A stretch of 64,000 nucleotides of DNA from the IMG/VR virus record IMGVR_UViG_3300017971_000238. The stretch is one strand, 5' to 3'. Below are positions 30,210 to 38,838 of this stretch, one piece after another. Source of the stretch: an uncultured virus (IMG/VR IMGVR_UViG_3300017971_000238). Taxonomy: Duplodnaviria > Heunggongvirae > Uroviricota > Caudoviricetes. Both the position numbers and the translations under genes were made by a program. Every line of letters begins with the position of its first letter. Position 1 is the first letter of the stretch. The notes beneath the pieces are model-generated. The model was given only the letters and a program-made list of their open reading frames with translations, had not been told where the DNA came from and did not search any database.

Positions 30210-30285
30210 TTTTAACCACTTGTTTTCGTTTTAATTTTACCTCGTCTACATACGTAGACGAACTAGCATTTAAATACTTTTGCAC

Positions 30286-31122
30286 TCAAAATTCCTCGAA
30301 TGGATTTTGTGTGGTTGTAACGTGTCTTTCTACTGGTTCATAGTTCATCACGAGGGTCTCCCTGTTGGGATTGTTTTCTGCCCTCGTTTTCTTCCTTTTC
30401 TCTATCTCCATCAAGTGCCAATCGTGCCCAAGAAAAAACTCACCATTGTCGATAGAGATCATTACTTTTGCTTTCTTAAACGACCAGACGAGATCCCTAA
30501 GCCTGTGGAAATCATGCTGGGACCACATCTTACCGCCAACTATTTTCTCGTAAGCCCCGCCTCCGTGGAAATAGGGCGGGTCAAGATATATGAACACGCC
30601 ATCTTGATCCACGTTGGAAAGTAGGTCGAAGATGGATTCATTCTTGAACATCACGTCCTTGATGCGATCATGAATGGCTTCAAATATCTCGAACTTGTTT
30701 CTAAATGACTTGTTATGCTGGTTCTCACGGGTGAACGCGATGCCATGGTAACCCAGCAACGTGCTGGAAAACGAATGGGCGTTCATGTAGAAGAATCGAA
30801 ATGCCTTTTCCACCTCGTCACAATCACTCCACCCATTCTTGTAATACTCGTCCCTGTACCTGTAATAAAGGTCGTGCGAGTCCAACACGTACTCGCACCT
30901 CTCCTTCAGGAGATCCTTGCTTTTTCTTAGGCACTCCCATAGATTGATGAGAAGCCCGTTGATGTCGTTGACAACCTCGAACCGGGATGGTGGTTTGTTG
31001 AGCGTGAACCAAGCACCGCCAGCGAATCCTTCTATCGATGTATCGTGCGGCGGGATCAACTTGTTGATGGTATCCACGAGCCAGCTCTTACCGCCATACC
31101 ATCCGATTATACTATACAGCAT
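30286..31122 (-). CDS. Dam-like (D12-class) N6-adenine DNA methyltransferase
   Basis: YGGKSWL, EGFAGG, NDIN, YLDPPY; ends QNPFEEF. Confidence 0.88.
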   Translation of the reverse strand: MLYSIIGWYGGKSWLVDTINKLIPPHDTSIEGFAGGAWFTLNKPPSRFEVVNDINGLLINLWECLRKSKDLLKERCEYVLDSHDLYYRYRDEYYKNGWSDCDEVEKAFRFFYMNAHSFSSTLLGYHGIAFTRENQHNKSFRNKFEIFEAIHDRIKDVMFKNESIFDLLSNVDQDGVFIYLDPPYFHGGGAYEKIVGGKMWSQHDFHRLRDLVWSFKKAKVMISIDNGEFFLGHDWHLMEIEKRKKTRAENNPNRETLVMNYEPVERHVTTTQNPFEEF

Positions 31123-31513
31123 CGATTTCCCTCATTTGTATGCTATCCCATCCATTGCACACTAGGAAAGGACCATCCCTGTATATCCTTGCATTATCAT
31201 CCTTGAACCATTCCACTATTTTATCCAGTACTTTTTCCTTTTCCACCCATTTATTGACCACGTATCTCGGTATTGATTCCATTTGTAGTAACATCAATGC
31301 CGTGTCCTCCTCGAATTCTGGAGTATTATCTGGCATTTCCTGCAGTTTAACTTGTGGATGGACGAGCTCGTAACACCTTATCAGCTCCTCCACATCTACG
31401 TCTCCTATTTCTCCAACAATGAAGAGCTTTTCGTCCTCGAGTTTTTTGATGTATTCCCTGAGAATATCGTTCTCGTGCTGGAGAGATTCCACGTGTTCGT
31501 TTTTATCCATCAT
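31112..31513 (-). CDS. Hypothetical protein
   Basis: 133 aa, tiling. Confidence 0.5.
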   Translation of the reverse strand: MMDKNEHVESLQHENDILREYIKKLEDEKLFIVGEIGDVDVEELIRCYELVHPQVKLQEMPDNTPEFEEDTALMLLQMESIPRYVVNKWVEKEKVLDKIVEWFKDDNARIYRDGPFLVCNGWDSIQMREIDAV

Positions 31514-31920
31514 ATCAACCTCCTCAGGATTCGGGTCGGGTTCTCCTTGGCTATTCTCCAGTCAATGAAGTTTCCTCCACGACTGTCGTTCATTATGATG
31601 CGTTCGATGTCGGCAATGGTCATCTCCATCTTGCGGCACCTGTGGGGATGTCCTTGCGGGTTCGATATTGATCGTTCCAAGTCCCCTATTCTGGATATTA
31701 TTCTGGAGAATGCGTCCATGGCCCTGAAGCTCTCGCTCGATGCCATCAACACCGCATTCTCTTCCGCCAATTTCTTGATGGTTCTTTCAGCGGCGGTTAG
31801 CTTGCCATAGAGCATGTCAGACACGTTTACATGGATCCTAACAGCTTCTTCCAGTTCTTTTATCCTGTCCTCGAGCTCGTCTATCTCTCGTTCATACGGG
31901 TAAGTATCGTCATCATCCAT
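31510..31920 (-). CDS. Hypothetical coiled-coil protein
   Basis: 136 aa with heptad pattern. Confidence 0.5.
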   Translation of the reverse strand: MDDDDTYPYEREIDELEDRIKELEEAVRIHVNVSDMLYGKLTAAERTIKKLAEENAVLMASSESFRAMDAFSRIISRIGDLERSISNPQGHPHRCRKMEMTIADIERIIMNDSRGGNFIDWRIAKENPTRILRRLI

Positions 31921-31926
31921 GGTTTT

Positions 31927-32127
31927 TCATATCTCCTTGCGTGCCCTTCTCGCCTCCGCATCGAACTTGAGATTTTCCAGTCTTGATTCCAAGCATGGCA
32001 ATGCCTCTTCCACGACGGCAGAGGCATGCTCAAATTCTCCAGTTTCTATCAGCTCTTCCATGATGCGTTGGCCATTCTTGCTTAAATATACCGTGTATAG
32101 TTTTTTAGACATTTTAAAAATCTCCAA
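31927..32127 (-). CDS. Ribbon-helix-helix protein
   Basis: TVYL...LIETGEFEHASAVVEEAL. Confidence 0.55.
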   Translation of the reverse strand: MEIFKMSKKLYTVYLSKNGQRIMEELIETGEFEHASAVVEEALPCLESRLENLKFDAEARRARKEI

Positions 32128-35100
32128 ACGGGTTCATGATTGATTCCGCTTCCACGAGATCCCAGTAGGTACGGTTGTACCTGACGAGTATCTCGTCCAA
32201 CGGGCCTTCAAGTGCCCTGCTTTCCAATAACCCATAATCAAATATAATTCCGGATTCCATGATGTCATCCAAGATGGTCTCGTCAAAGGCAATCACGTCC
32301 CCCAATCGTGTATCGACCGTCCTGCCCTTTATCGTGTTCGGGCAATACTTGAGAGGCGCGACGAAGTACCTGTCCCCCACCTTCACATCTAGGCCGAAGT
32401 ATTCCTGTGCCAGCCTGAATGCCTTGTATTGCTCGCTGGATTCGGAGTACTTGTGCCATGGTTTTTTCACCGGTAGTACCTTTGAGAGGTCTTGAATGGG
32501 GATGTCGCCGAACTTGTCGTGCTGTTCTTTCACGTATCTCGCCGCCTCGTCCACGCTACCACCAGTCATCATGATTTCTGCACATTCTTCCTGCACCTTC
32601 TCGCTGAGTGCCGCGGTCTCGCGCCTCACCTTCTTGAGTCCCTTGTAGAAGATCTTCGGCTTCTTGAGGATCTCACCCTCCTTCCAAATCCAGTGCATCA
32701 TGTAAAACTTCTTGTTACGAATCCAGAAGTAGTCGGAGATGTTCTCGCATTCCAGCGTGAACATGGACACGTCATCCATGTTAAATTCTTTCTTGCAGAA
32801 TTCCCACACGTGGTGTTGTATTATATCGTTTATCTCGTCTACCTCTTCACACGTATGCCATTCCTTCTTCTCCCCGCTTTCCGGATCGATCTTCTCGTGA
32901 TGTATCCATTTTATCTCGTGCTTGAGCGGGACGTAGAATGAATCCGTGGCACCCAGTACCACCTCGTAACCAAGAACCTGTTCCATGTAACGGACGCATT
33001 CGCGTATGATGATTTGACACGTGAGGGTGATAGTATTGAACACTTGAAGCATGAATAACCTATCCGCTTCCATCCCTTGAACTCCAAACCTGCCGTTCAT
33101 GAATCCCTTGAAGCTGAACTGCCGCTGGTCTGCAACCATGAAATCGAAATGATACGGGTCCAGCACCATTTTCCAGATGGCTTTTGCTATCTTCTGCAGG
33201 TCCTTGCGTCCTTTCAAAAGATCCCAGAAAGCCTTCACGTTCTTTGCCACTATTTCCTTGTTGTAGAACGCGCTGGCTGTCCATATAACATCGTCCCATC
33301 TATAATACGTGTACTTCCAACCGATGAGTCTATCGGTCACCACATCCTGCATCTCGATGGCATTGGCCGCCGCTTCCAATCTACACTCTTCAATAAATGC
33401 ATCCCAATTCTCAACTTCCATCTTCAGGTACGGGCGCTTGTCAACTACGAACCACCCAATTTCTCTCTTGTCATTGATGAAAGTCATGTGGTCTATGTTG
33501 AGATACGTTTCCGGGCCAGCGTTTGCACCAATGGCACTCATCGGGTAGAACTTGTTGAAGTCAAATCCCGCAACATTCCTCCACATCCCGATCCTCGGTT
33601 CCGGGTTGTATCCACCTACCTTCACCGATCCATCTTCACTATATCCCTTGCATATCTCCGGGAACCCACTATTAATCCAGTTATCTTCCAGCCATTCCCG
33701 TGTCCACTTCCCTCCCTCCTCATTCTTCTGGTACTTGGTATCAAGGTAATACTCGTTAAGGTATAAATGTAAATTGACTTGGTCATGGAGCTTGCTCGCG
33801 CTCATCCCGTCCTCCCATTTCGCACCTGCAAACATGGCCCTGTTGAACATGTCCTCGTGGGGTCTAAACATCTCGGTGAGAGCCGCCGTTCCTTCCACGT
33901 CAGCCTGACAATACCATCGTTCATGCTTCGGATCTTCCATCCAATCCTCCCACACGTGGCCCTCGTGAATCACCTTCCCTATCCCTAGGTACTGGTCCAT
34001 GAACGTGTCGAGCTTCTCGTTCTTGAGCTTATCTTTCTGGTGATACTTGAAGAAGGCCATGCAATGCCATAAATCTATACTCGTCACGAGTTTAACCACG
34101 ATGCTATACCTGCCGAACGCATTTCTCTGGTAAACGGTCCCCAGCGGGGAAATCCTATGCACTGGCAATTTCAAGTACAGGCATCTCCGGTAAAACCACG
34201 GCATGTCGAATGCATTTATCCATCTCCGCTCGGTGCCTATACCGTGCCACCCGCTAAACGCATTGAACCCGATATTCGCATCCGGCTTTATCTCTGACCA
34301 CCAGTCTATCACCCCCATAAGCATATCTTTCTCGTTCGTGTACGCGTGTACCTTCACGTCGTACTTGGCTGGCATTCTAGGTATCTTTTCCCTCGCTTTC
34401 TCCGAGATCCTGCTAAGATGTTCCTCCATGAAATTACTATCCTTCTTCACCCTAGGGTGCCACGTGAACGCGTGAAACGTCCAATCATAGCTCTCCAAGA
34501 ATACAATCGTTATAATGCTACATTTCTCGTATTTTTTCTCCTTGATCGCATCCTGCCCCGTGTACACCCTCCCGTACTTGTCCGTTATCTTTTCCATGTT
34601 CCACTCCGTATCCCAGTACACGATGAGCTTGTCAACGTGGAACTTCTCATCTCCCTCATCCAACGGGCGCACCGTGTTATCATCCAAGTACCCGTATTCT
34701 TCCACGGTATCCCCGTCAAACTTCATGTACCCCTCCCATATACCAAGAGCATTCGCTATCTTCTTCTCGAACTTGATGTCGCCTTGATACGAGTGTGACA
34801 CCATGTCCCTCAACGGGGACATCCCCTTCCTTTGCTTGTACGTCCTGTTACCCCCAATATCTTCAGGAACCTTTGCCACCACGTGCATCACTGGTTCCCC
34901 GAAAGGTGAATCAGGTCCCCTACAAAAATCAACTATCCTGTTATCCCCATGTATCTTCCAGTATTCCTCATACGGCACGCCAAAAGAAGGTATCACCCTA
35001 TCTCCATATATTCTCAAGTCCCACCGTGTCCTATCCTTCTCCCTTCCACTCACTATCCAATGTGGAACGTTTCCTTCGACTTCGTAATCCATGTTGATTA

Positions 35101-35128
35101 CTTGTATCGTGACATCTCCACTTGCCAT
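32114..35128 (-). CDS. polB: Family B DNA polymerase with 3'-5' exonuclease
   Basis: Exo WDTE, FDMP, YCQAD; Pol DFNKFYP, KGFMNGRFG, GATDS, KKFY, KGL..VRR; ends NPFGDF. Confidence 0.92.
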   Translation of the reverse strand: MASGDVTIQVINMDYEVEGNVPHWIVSGREKDRTRWDLRIYGDRVIPSFGVPYEEYWKIHGDNRIVDFCRGPDSPFGEPVMHVVAKVPEDIGGNRTYKQRKGMSPLRDMVSHSYQGDIKFEKKIANALGIWEGYMKFDGDTVEEYGYLDDNTVRPLDEGDEKFHVDKLIVYWDTEWNMEKITDKYGRVYTGQDAIKEKKYEKCSIITIVFLESYDWTFHAFTWHPRVKKDSNFMEEHLSRISEKAREKIPRMPAKYDVKVHAYTNEKDMLMGVIDWWSEIKPDANIGFNAFSGWHGIGTERRWINAFDMPWFYRRCLYLKLPVHRISPLGTVYQRNAFGRYSIVVKLVTSIDLWHCMAFFKYHQKDKLKNEKLDTFMDQYLGIGKVIHEGHVWEDWMEDPKHERWYCQADVEGTAALTEMFRPHEDMFNRAMFAGAKWEDGMSASKLHDQVNLHLYLNEYYLDTKYQKNEEGGKWTREWLEDNWINSGFPEICKGYSEDGSVKVGGYNPEPRIGMWRNVAGFDFNKFYPMSAIGANAGPETYLNIDHMTFINDKREIGWFVVDKRPYLKMEVENWDAFIEECRLEAAANAIEMQDVVTDRLIGWKYTYYRWDDVIWTASAFYNKEIVAKNVKAFWDLLKGRKDLQKIAKAIWKMVLDPYHFDFMVADQRQFSFKGFMNGRFGVQGMEADRLFMLQVFNTITLTCQIIIRECVRYMEQVLGYEVVLGATDSFYVPLKHEIKWIHHEKIDPESGEKKEWHTCEEVDEINDIIQHHVWEFCKKEFNMDDVSMFTLECENISDYFWIRNKKFYMMHWIWKEGEILKKPKIFYKGLKKVRRETAALSEKVQEECAEIMMTGGSVDEAARYVKEQHDKFGDIPIQDLSKVLPVKKPWHKYSESSEQYKAFRLAQEYFGLDVKVGDRYFVAPLKYCPNTIKGRTVDTRLGDVIAFDETILDDIMESGIIFDYGLLESRALEGPLDEILVRYNRTYWDLVEAESIMNPFGDF

Positions 35129-35541
35129 TTAAACAGATCCCTCGCGCCTTCCAAGCTTATCTCTTTCAACACGCCATCGGCATGCACGAACACCTGACAC
35201 AAGTACCCGGGGTGTTCCTCCACAAAGGCATGCGCCACGCTCAACGGATACAATCCCTTGTCATCTATATCAATAATGGCGTAGCACTCCGTCCCGTATT
35301 TCACCATCCTGTTATTCCTATCAATATATGCCTGCGCCTTGCTATCGAACATCGTGAAGACTGGCGTGTAAACGACTATCTTATCAGTGCCCAAGAAAGA
35401 ATCGATGCCTTTAATGGTTCTTCCCATGATAAACACTGCACCAATGTAGGAGTTCCCTATTTCCCGTATCTTTCTTTCTATGGCACCAACATCGAGTTTC
35501 TTGCCTATGCTGTACGATAATGACAATACCACGCGGTTCAT
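35098..35541 (-). CDS. Possible SLOG/YspA-like nucleotide-binding protein
   Basis: AYIDRNNRMVKY motif in an alpha/beta pattern. Confidence 0.35.
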   Translation of the reverse strand: MNRVVLSLSYSIGKKLDVGAIERKIREIGNSYIGAVFIMGRTIKGIDSFLGTDKIVVYTPVFTMFDSKAQAYIDRNNRMVKYGTECYAIIDIDDKGLYPLSVAHAFVEEHPGYLCQVFVHADGVLKEISLEGARDLFKWQVEMSRYK

Positions 35542-35706
35542 TTCAACATCATTTGTATGTATAGATCGGAATATTTGACTTCTGGATTCTTTTTAACAAT
35601 TTCCACGGCTTCCGATAAACTATCATTCGGTTCCATGTCTAGTGCAAGGTCTTCCAAGTATCTAATAACCATTCGTTTTAATGTCATGTTTTTCACCATT
35701 TTAAAG

Positions 35707-35858
35707 TTGCAGGGGGTGGATTTGCACCACCGATCTCAAGGTCTCTCTCCGCCACGAAGGGGGGTTTCCCAAAGCATCGTGCCACGAAGTTCCCAACCTG
35801 TGGGCCGGACGTGGAAGCGGTCATGAGCCTCGCGGGTTATCTCCTTCCCTACCCTGCA
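35707..35858 (-). tRNA. tRNA with CAT anticodon (Met or Ile2) carrying a 79-nt intron at 37/38 (35743-35821)
   Basis: Acceptor TGCAGGG/CCCTGCA, anticodon stem CGAGG/CCTTG, loop CTCATG^A, T arm GGTGG-TGCAAAT-CCACC; relaxed bulge-helix-bulge at the junctions. Confidence 0.75.
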
Positions 35859-35954
35859 GTATTTTTGAATATAATTACCAGCACATTTGCTATGGATGCC
35901 GCCAGTATCATGGATAAGAAAAATATAATGATGCGACGAATGCCATCTCCAGAT

Positions 35955-36281
35955 TCATTCTTCATCATTTTCACCTTTCCAAGTTATTCCGGGGCCGTGT
36001 GGAGTATCCCTGCGCAACGCGTCTATACTCGGTAATGATCCACCATGCGGAAGTTTCGTCGCTGATTTCAATGGTGGCAATTTCACTGGTTTTAGTGGAG
36101 GTCTCCTTTCTTGTAGTGTCATATCTATTATTTCCTTATCGGTGATGATGGTGCAAAGTTTCATGTCATCTGGTATAGTTATGGTTAGTTCCGCGTTTGT
36201 GGATTTTTCCACGGTCATGTCTGGCATGACCTGTTCCTTTGAAATTGTCTTCTGTTTGAAGACCAACATTACTTTTGCCAT
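35955..36281 (-). CDS. Hypothetical protein
   Basis: 108-aa ORF. Confidence 0.45.
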   Translation of the reverse strand: MAKVMLVFKQKTISKEQVMPDMTVEKSTNAELTITIPDDMKLCTIITDKEIIDMTLQERRPPLKPVKLPPLKSATKLPHGGSLPSIDALRRDTPHGPGITWKGENDEE

Positions 36282-36455
36282 GCTATCCAGCCATCAAAAG
36301 TAGCGGGGGAAATGTTTGCGGGATGAAGCTTACAATCCAAATGGATAAAGGGTGTGTGATTTTGATGGTTTCTGGTGCATGCCCTATGCGGGCAAGTTAA
36401 ATGCCCCTTTTATTTATTCTCCTCGGGGCGTTGGAGATGTTCGACTCCGCGTGGA

Positions 36456-37382
36456 CTATTTCTCAGGAGGAATAAGGTAGTTCAGTTCAGCTTCAGTACC
36501 AACCGCGTGTATCCAGCATATCCACCCTCCAAGTAGATGAATGAAATGCAGCTCCACCGCAAGATCATCTTTCAAGTTTTGCAGTATGGCATAGAACCCG
36601 TGAAAGTAATTGGCTTCTATTATTTCATCCTTCGGGTATTCGGCGGACCATTCACCATTTTTCAAGTACATGCGGGTGAATTGTAGCAGCTCGCGGCTTC
36701 CCTTTTTTTGTGAAACCTTGTCACCAAGATTGAACGTGATCTTACCAGCAATCCTAACATGTACCACTTTCTTCTTGACAAAGTTCTTCATGTCCTTCGC
36801 AACCTCGCTCAGTTCGGATGGAATTACTACCACCTTGTGTTCCCAAGGCAGGTACTTGTCTTGTTTTTTAGAGTACGAGTGGACATACTTACCTTCCACA
36901 TTCCAGAAGTGTTTAATCTCATCCACCTTCTCAAGAGACGTGATGTCTCCCTCACCGGACGTGGGGAACGAGAATGCCGTATCGGTGCCCATCCTCGTCA
37001 CCCTGATATTACCATCTTTATCCGGGTACAATACTTCCATGCGAACGTTTTCTTTCTTGGTGCCTCCAAGTCTTTTCATTGCCGTGACAAAGTCTTTTGT
37101 ATTGGTTATGGGAATTCTTCCCTTACCGAGTATCTTCACGCCCTCTCCTTTAAAGGAGTGCTGTGCGATGACCCGGTTCTGCTTCGTATCCGTTGCAGTA
37201 ACCTCCAACATATCATCCTTCGCCTCGATCAAGAAATTCTCGAACAGGACACCACTCTTCACTTTCTCGTTATCAACATGAATAACCCCCTTACATGCAA
37301 CATCCTTGATGAATTCCATGAAGGGATGCTTGTTCACGATGAACCGTATCTGTTTTTTTTCTTCTTCGCTCGTGGCAATCAC
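36456..37382 (-). CDS. Divergent DNA sliding clamp (PCNA-like)
   Basis: PCNA-like pattern (FMEFIK...LEVTATD...RVIAQ; C-terminal LNYLIPP); 308 aa; near PolB, with RFC genes in the window. Confidence 0.65.
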   Translation of the reverse strand: MIATSEEEKKQIRFIVNKHPFMEFIKDVACKGVIHVDNEKVKSGVLFENFLIEAKDDMLEVTATDTKQNRVIAQHSFKGEGVKILGKGRIPITNTKDFVTAMKRLGGTKKENVRMEVLYPDKDGNIRVTRMGTDTAFSFPTSGEGDITSLEKVDEIKHFWNVEGKYVHSYSKKQDKYLPWEHKVVVIPSELSEVAKDMKNFVKKKVVHVRIAGKITFNLGDKVSQKKGSRELLQFTRMYLKNGEWSAEYPKDEIIEANYFHGFYAILQNLKDDLAVELHFIHLLGGWICWIHAVGTEAELNYLIPPEK

Positions 37383-37591
37383 CTTTTAATTTCATAATAA
37401 ACCCGCGGGCGCCCCACGCTACCCTCGAGGTACTTGTTTCTCTTGAGGGCACCGTGATGTACAAGTTCCTCTGCCGCATCACGGAAAGTATTTGGATGAA
37501 GTCCCGCTTTCTTAACTTCATCCGCCCCTTTCCACAATGGTTCGTGGTTCCTGACCAGATTGAGGACCTTGAGCAGGTTTCTTCTCATCAT
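37379..37591 (-). CDS. Winged-helix DNA-binding protein
   Basis: GLHPNT...ELVHHG...GRPRVYY. Confidence 0.6.
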   Translation of the reverse strand: MMRRNLLKVLNLVRNHEPLWKGADEVKKAGLHPNTFRDAAEELVHHGALKRNKYLEGSVGRPRVYYEIKR

Positions 37592-38838
37592 TCATTCGCC
37601 TTTTCTATCTCATCGTCCAGATTCCTTGCCTGCGCATACTTACCCCACATGGCTTCCTCCTCCTCCGGTTCTACCTTCTGCAAGAGGGCAGGTGCCATGT
37701 CTTCTATCAGGTACATCATTGCCATCCTATCCCCTTGCGGGTACGGGAACAGGCAATCTTCCTCGTGTTTTTCCTGAAGATCGACGCTATCTAGGTCGGA
37801 GAATTGCATCGTGCTGTGCCTGTGCTTGTACCAGTCCGTCCGTATCATCGGCTTGATCGTTCCAGTTTCCATGTCATACCAGTCTCGGATGGCATATCCT
37901 TGATCCACCCTGTACTCCGTCTTGCTCACCCACACTGGATATTCCGCGGGAAGTCTTATTTGGTGCGTCACGAATTTATCATAGTTGTCTGGAGACCTGT
38001 ACTTGACCTCCTTCCATCGCCATTCCTCGTCCCGCTTTTCCATCTTGTACGTTTCTACAACCCACGCACCGCTGGTCCGCAGTTTCATCAGTACATTTAT
38101 CCACCACTTGTTGCGGTATCGATAGAACTTCCTGTCGAGGTTGGTTTCCTCGTCTTCCTTTTCTCCTCGCTTCTTGAACTTCCTCGTGATCGTCTTCCCG
38201 AACATCTCTTCCTGTTCGTCGGTGATGCTGTCCTTGTAGTCACTCATGGAATCTATGATGATAAGGGTCTCCGGGCCATAGTCCTCCGCTGCATGCCACA
38301 CGGCCGCCTCGAAGTTCTCCCTCATCTTGTCAACATCGAAGTCCTTGGAAACGTTCACGATCTCACCTTCCTTCACTTTCTCTCTTTTTCTTAGGAGAGG
38401 CGTGGATTCGATCTTTATCTTGATGTCCGATTTTATTATCGGTTTTAGTATCGTGCCAAGATAACCATGATCGAGATCACGTTTCCATGTTTCTTCAGTG
38501 TCCACGACAAGTATCTGCTCTATTTCCGGTAACGTTCCAGTCGTCAGCACTTCCCTTGTTTCCGGTCCCATGTACTTCTTGAAGAGGGAATTAAAAAATG
38601 CCCACAGGCTAGCGCCGATGCTCTTCCCGTTCTTCCAAAGAGAAAGTAGGCCTATAACAAGCCCACCAGAAGAGACACTATCACCACCATTGTATTCCTT
38701 GAACTGTATAGGACGTTGCCTGATGATGTGTTCCTCGTATTCCTTCTCCGTGGACGATAGTTCCATGTCACCATCTATCGTTTCGTGTGTTGAAGGTTTG
38801 GGTTTTTTCCTTCGTGGTGCGGACGCTGGCATTGCCAT
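37588..38838 (-). CDS. RecA-fold AAA ATPase, Sak4-like annealing protein
   Basis: Degenerate Walker A KNGKS, VVDTE, Walker B IIIDS; adjacent to SSB-like gene. Confidence 0.55.
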   Translation of the reverse strand: MAMPASAPRRKKPKPSTHETIDGDMELSSTEKEYEEHIIRQRPIQFKEYNGGDSVSSGGLVIGLLSLWKNGKSIGASLWAFFNSLFKKYMGPETREVLTTGTLPEIEQILVVDTEETWKRDLDHGYLGTILKPIIKSDIKIKIESTPLLRKREKVKEGEIVNVSKDFDVDKMRENFEAAVWHAAEDYGPETLIIIDSMSDYKDSITDEQEEMFGKTITRKFKKRGEKEDEETNLDRKFYRYRNKWWINVLMKLRTSGAWVVETYKMEKRDEEWRWKEVKYRSPDNYDKFVTHQIRLPAEYPVWVSKTEYRVDQGYAIRDWYDMETGTIKPMIRTDWYKHRHSTMQFSDLDSVDLQEKHEEDCLFPYPQGDRMAMMYLIEDMAPALLQKVEPEEEEAMWGKYAQARNLDDEIEKANE

